From: an uncultured Chloroflexia bacterium
GTDB lineage: Bacteria; Chloroflexota; Limnocylindria; Limnocylindrales; CSP1-4
Reading direction: 5' to 3'
Assembly (NCBI GenBank): GCA_963813535.1
Contig: CAWEZH010000003.1
Coordinates: 128,001 to 192,000, forward strand
Length of the DNA: 64,000 bases
Shown here piece by piece: positions 61,767 through 64,000 of this stretch. A program made the position numbers and the translations under genes. How positions within the stretch are numbered: the first letter of the stretch is position 1; each line of letters begins with the position of its first letter. Below the pieces are notes generated by a model that saw nothing but the letters and a program-made list of their open reading frames with translations, ran no database searches and was not told the DNA's origin.

Positions 61767-62129
61767 TCAGGGCGCGTTGGTCCCCTCCCGGCCGAAATCG
61801 TCCTGCAGCCGGATGACGTCGTCGAGCTCCGGCGTGGACACCTCGATGAGTTCGCAGCGCTCGATCGCCTCGAAACGATGGATGCGGCCGGTCGGGATCT
61901 GCCGAGCTTCGCCGGCAGCCAGTTCGTGCTCCTGGACGACGCCCTCGTCGTCCTCCAGGTACAGCCGCAGCCGCCCGCTGTGGACGAGGATGCTCTCGTC
62001 CTTGATCTCATGGCGTTGCAGCGAAAGCCGCTTGCCGGCCTCGATCACCAGGACCTTTCCCACGTAGCGGTCCGTGTGCGCCCAGATCAGCTCGTGGCCC
62101 CACGGCTTGTCGACGCGCCGGCCGGTCAC
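61767..62129 (-). CDS. Cupin (mannose-6-phosphate isomerase type II C-terminal-like)
   Basis: VDKPWG, LSLQRHEIKDE and IEVSTPELDDVIRLQDDFGR. Confidence 0.85.
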   Translation of the reverse strand: MTGRRVDKPWGHELIWAHTDRYVGKVLVIEAGKRLSLQRHEIKDESILVHSGRLRLYLEDDEGVVQEHELAAGEARQIPTGRIHRFEAIERCELIEVSTPELDDVIRLQDDFGREGTNAP

Positions 62130-63607
62130 GAGCCGCGTACCAGGCGCTCGCCGGCGACGAGCATCGCGTCCCGCGTCTCGGCCGAGGTCGCCTCCGTGTA
62201 GACCCGGACGAGCGGTTCGGTGCCGGACGCGCGGATCAGCAACCACGAGCCATCGTCGAGGAAGAACTTGAAGCCGTCGTTCGTGTCGAGGCCGACGGTC
62301 CGCGCCACCGGCTCGCCGGCCAGGTCGGTCGGACCGCCCTTGGCGAGATCGACCAGCAGCCGGCGCTTGACCTCCGGGTACTCGGCACGGTCGACGTGGA
62401 CGTCGACCCGGCGGTAGAACGATGGGCCGGCGATCTCGTGGAAATGCTCGATGACCGTCGAGACCGGCCAGCGGCCCGCGGCGCGCTCCCGGAGGAAGAG
62501 GTCGAGCAGCAGCAGGTCGGCATAGATCCCATCGCGCTCCGGGAGGTGCATCCCGAAGCCGAAGCCACCCAATTCCTCGGCGCCCATCATCGCGCCGGTC
62601 TCGATCATCTTCGGACCGATGAACTTGAAGCCGACCGGCGTCTCATGGACGGCGATGCCGTATCGCCCGCCCAGCCGTTCGGCCATGGACGTGTTGTTGA
62701 CGCTGACGACGACCGGGTCGCGCCAGCCCCGATGCTCGGCGAGGTAGTACATCAGGAGCCCGGTGACCTGGAGCTGGTGGATGAATGTCCCCCGCTCGTC
62801 GGCCGCACCGGCACGGTCGGCATCGCCGTCGAGCAGCAGCGCCAGGTCATATCCGCCGCCGACGACGATGCCCAGCGCCTCATCGACGTTCGGCGGGATC
62901 GGCTCGGGGTTGATGCCGCCGAAGAACGGGTTGCGCTCCTCGTGGATCTCGTGGATGCGGATCGTGCCGCCACCGAGCATTCGGCCGATCCAGCCGGCAC
63001 CTGCGCCGAACAGCGGATCGACGAGGACGGAGATATCGGCCGCGCGAAGCGCGTCGAGATCGACCGTCCGGCGCACGAAGCGCTCGTAGCCGTCGTAGGG
63101 ATCGAACGTTTCGACCATGCCGGCAGCGTCAGCGTCGGCCAGCGGTCGACGGTCGATCGGCACGCCACCGTTGACCGCCAGCCTGGACTCGATCGCGGAG
63201 AGGATCTCGGGACCGGCAGCCGCGCCGGTCGGGGCCTTGACCTTGAACCCGTTGTCGACCCACGGGTTGTGGCTTGCGGTGATCACGATGCCGGCCGCGG
63301 CGCCCCGTTCCACGACCTCGAACGAGCTCATCTGGGTCGGCACGGCCTGGCGCGCCAGCGCGACCGGGATGCCGCGGGCGAGGAGCACCTCGGCGGCGGC
63401 TGCCGCGAAATGCTCCGACGCGAACCGCCGGTCGAAGGCCACGACCACGCCCCGCTCGGTCGTTCCCTCCTGTTCCACGTAGTGGGCGACACCATCGGCG
63501 CACCGCCGCACGTTGTCGAACGTGAACTCGTCGGCGATCCGCGCACGCCAGCCGTCGGTGCCGAAGACGATCGTCGTGGGCTGGGTCACACCGGCAGTCG
63601 CGGACAC
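62126..63607 (-). CDS. Phosphoglucomutase/phosphomannomutase
   Basis: FGTDGWR, ITASHNP, DGDADR, VGFKFI and RASGTEP. Confidence 0.95.
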   Translation of the reverse strand: MSATAGVTQPTTIVFGTDGWRARIADEFTFDNVRRCADGVAHYVEQEGTTERGVVVAFDRRFASEHFAAAAAEVLLARGIPVALARQAVPTQMSSFEVVERGAAAGIVITASHNPWVDNGFKVKAPTGAAAGPEILSAIESRLAVNGGVPIDRRPLADADAAGMVETFDPYDGYERFVRRTVDLDALRAADISVLVDPLFGAGAGWIGRMLGGGTIRIHEIHEERNPFFGGINPEPIPPNVDEALGIVVGGGYDLALLLDGDADRAGAADERGTFIHQLQVTGLLMYYLAEHRGWRDPVVVSVNNTSMAERLGGRYGIAVHETPVGFKFIGPKMIETGAMMGAEELGGFGFGMHLPERDGIYADLLLLDLFLRERAAGRWPVSTVIEHFHEIAGPSFYRRVDVHVDRAEYPEVKRRLLVDLAKGGPTDLAGEPVARTVGLDTNDGFKFFLDDGSWLLIRASGTEPLVRVYTEATSAETRDAMLVAGERLVRGS

Positions 63608-64000
63608 TCAGCCTCCAACCTGCGCGCAGCGTTCGATGAGCGACTCGACGACGCCGATGTCCGGCGCTGACCCGCGCAGCAGCGCGATCGGCTGCGCGGC
63701 CGTGATGCTACCGCGCTCCGGCGGGACGATGACCCCCAATCGACCGTCGACGCGGCGGACGACGAGGTCGTCGCGCTCGACCGAGACGGTCTCGCCGGGC
63801 TGGATCACGGTCCCCTCGCCGCGGGCGCCGATCGCCGCCAGGAGGGCCGACCAGGAGCCGAGGTCCGACCAGCCGACGTCCATCGATGCCATCACGACCT
63901 GCCCATTGCGGGCTGCGCCCTCCATCACGGCGTGGTCGATCGAGAGCGGCTGCTGGATGGCCTCATATGCCCGCTCGAGCAGCTGTGGCGCGCCGGCCAT
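63608..64000 (-). CDS. Mannose-1-phosphate guanylyltransferase, C-terminal part (5' end outside the window)
   Basis: SIDHAVME and GWSDLGSWSAL, adjacent to the PMM and cupin genes. Confidence 0.8.
   Translation of the reverse strand: MAGAPQLLERAYEAIQQPLSIDHAVMEGAARNGQVVMASMDVGWSDLGSWSALLAAIGARGEGTVIQPGETVSVERDDLVVRRVDGRLGVIVPPERGSITAAQPIALLRGSAPDIGVVESLIERCAQVGG

Overview
A high-GC (about 70% by eye), gene-dense bacterial chromosome segment. Lineage-typical hypothetical proteins suggest Chloroflexota (inference). I found no rRNA, tRNA, CRISPR array, transposase or phage genes. In order, it holds: a PhoX-like phosphatase (partial), a DUF885 protein, a large degenerate DNA-methylase/nuclease-like protein, a DinB-family protein, a TPR+HIRAN-like protein, PolX-PHP and two diguanylate cyclases. 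Next is a long minus-strand run (lysC, birA, ECF sigma, anti-sigma-like, accD-accA fusion, Lys-less BCCP-like, accC, fabZ, metallophosphoesterase, fabF, accB, fabH, fabG), followed by hom-thrC-thrB, an MFS transporter, a BMP nucleoside ABC system with a cytosine deaminase, trpS, an AI-2E protein and surE. The last third has an ECF sigma factor coupled to a ~1750-aa zinc-anti-sigma/alpha-2-macroglobulin fusion, an aminotransferase/ureohydrolase pair, a B12-riboswitch-controlled btu/cob salvage operon, three secreted proteins and mannose-phosphate genes. The best candidate for a novel system is the ECF sigma plus anti-sigma-alpha-2-macroglobulin fusion lacking the thioester, a possible protease-sensing signalling module. 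Many genes look leaderless, and a few frameshifts are probably sequencing errors. All family assignments come from motif recognition by eye, not from database searches.
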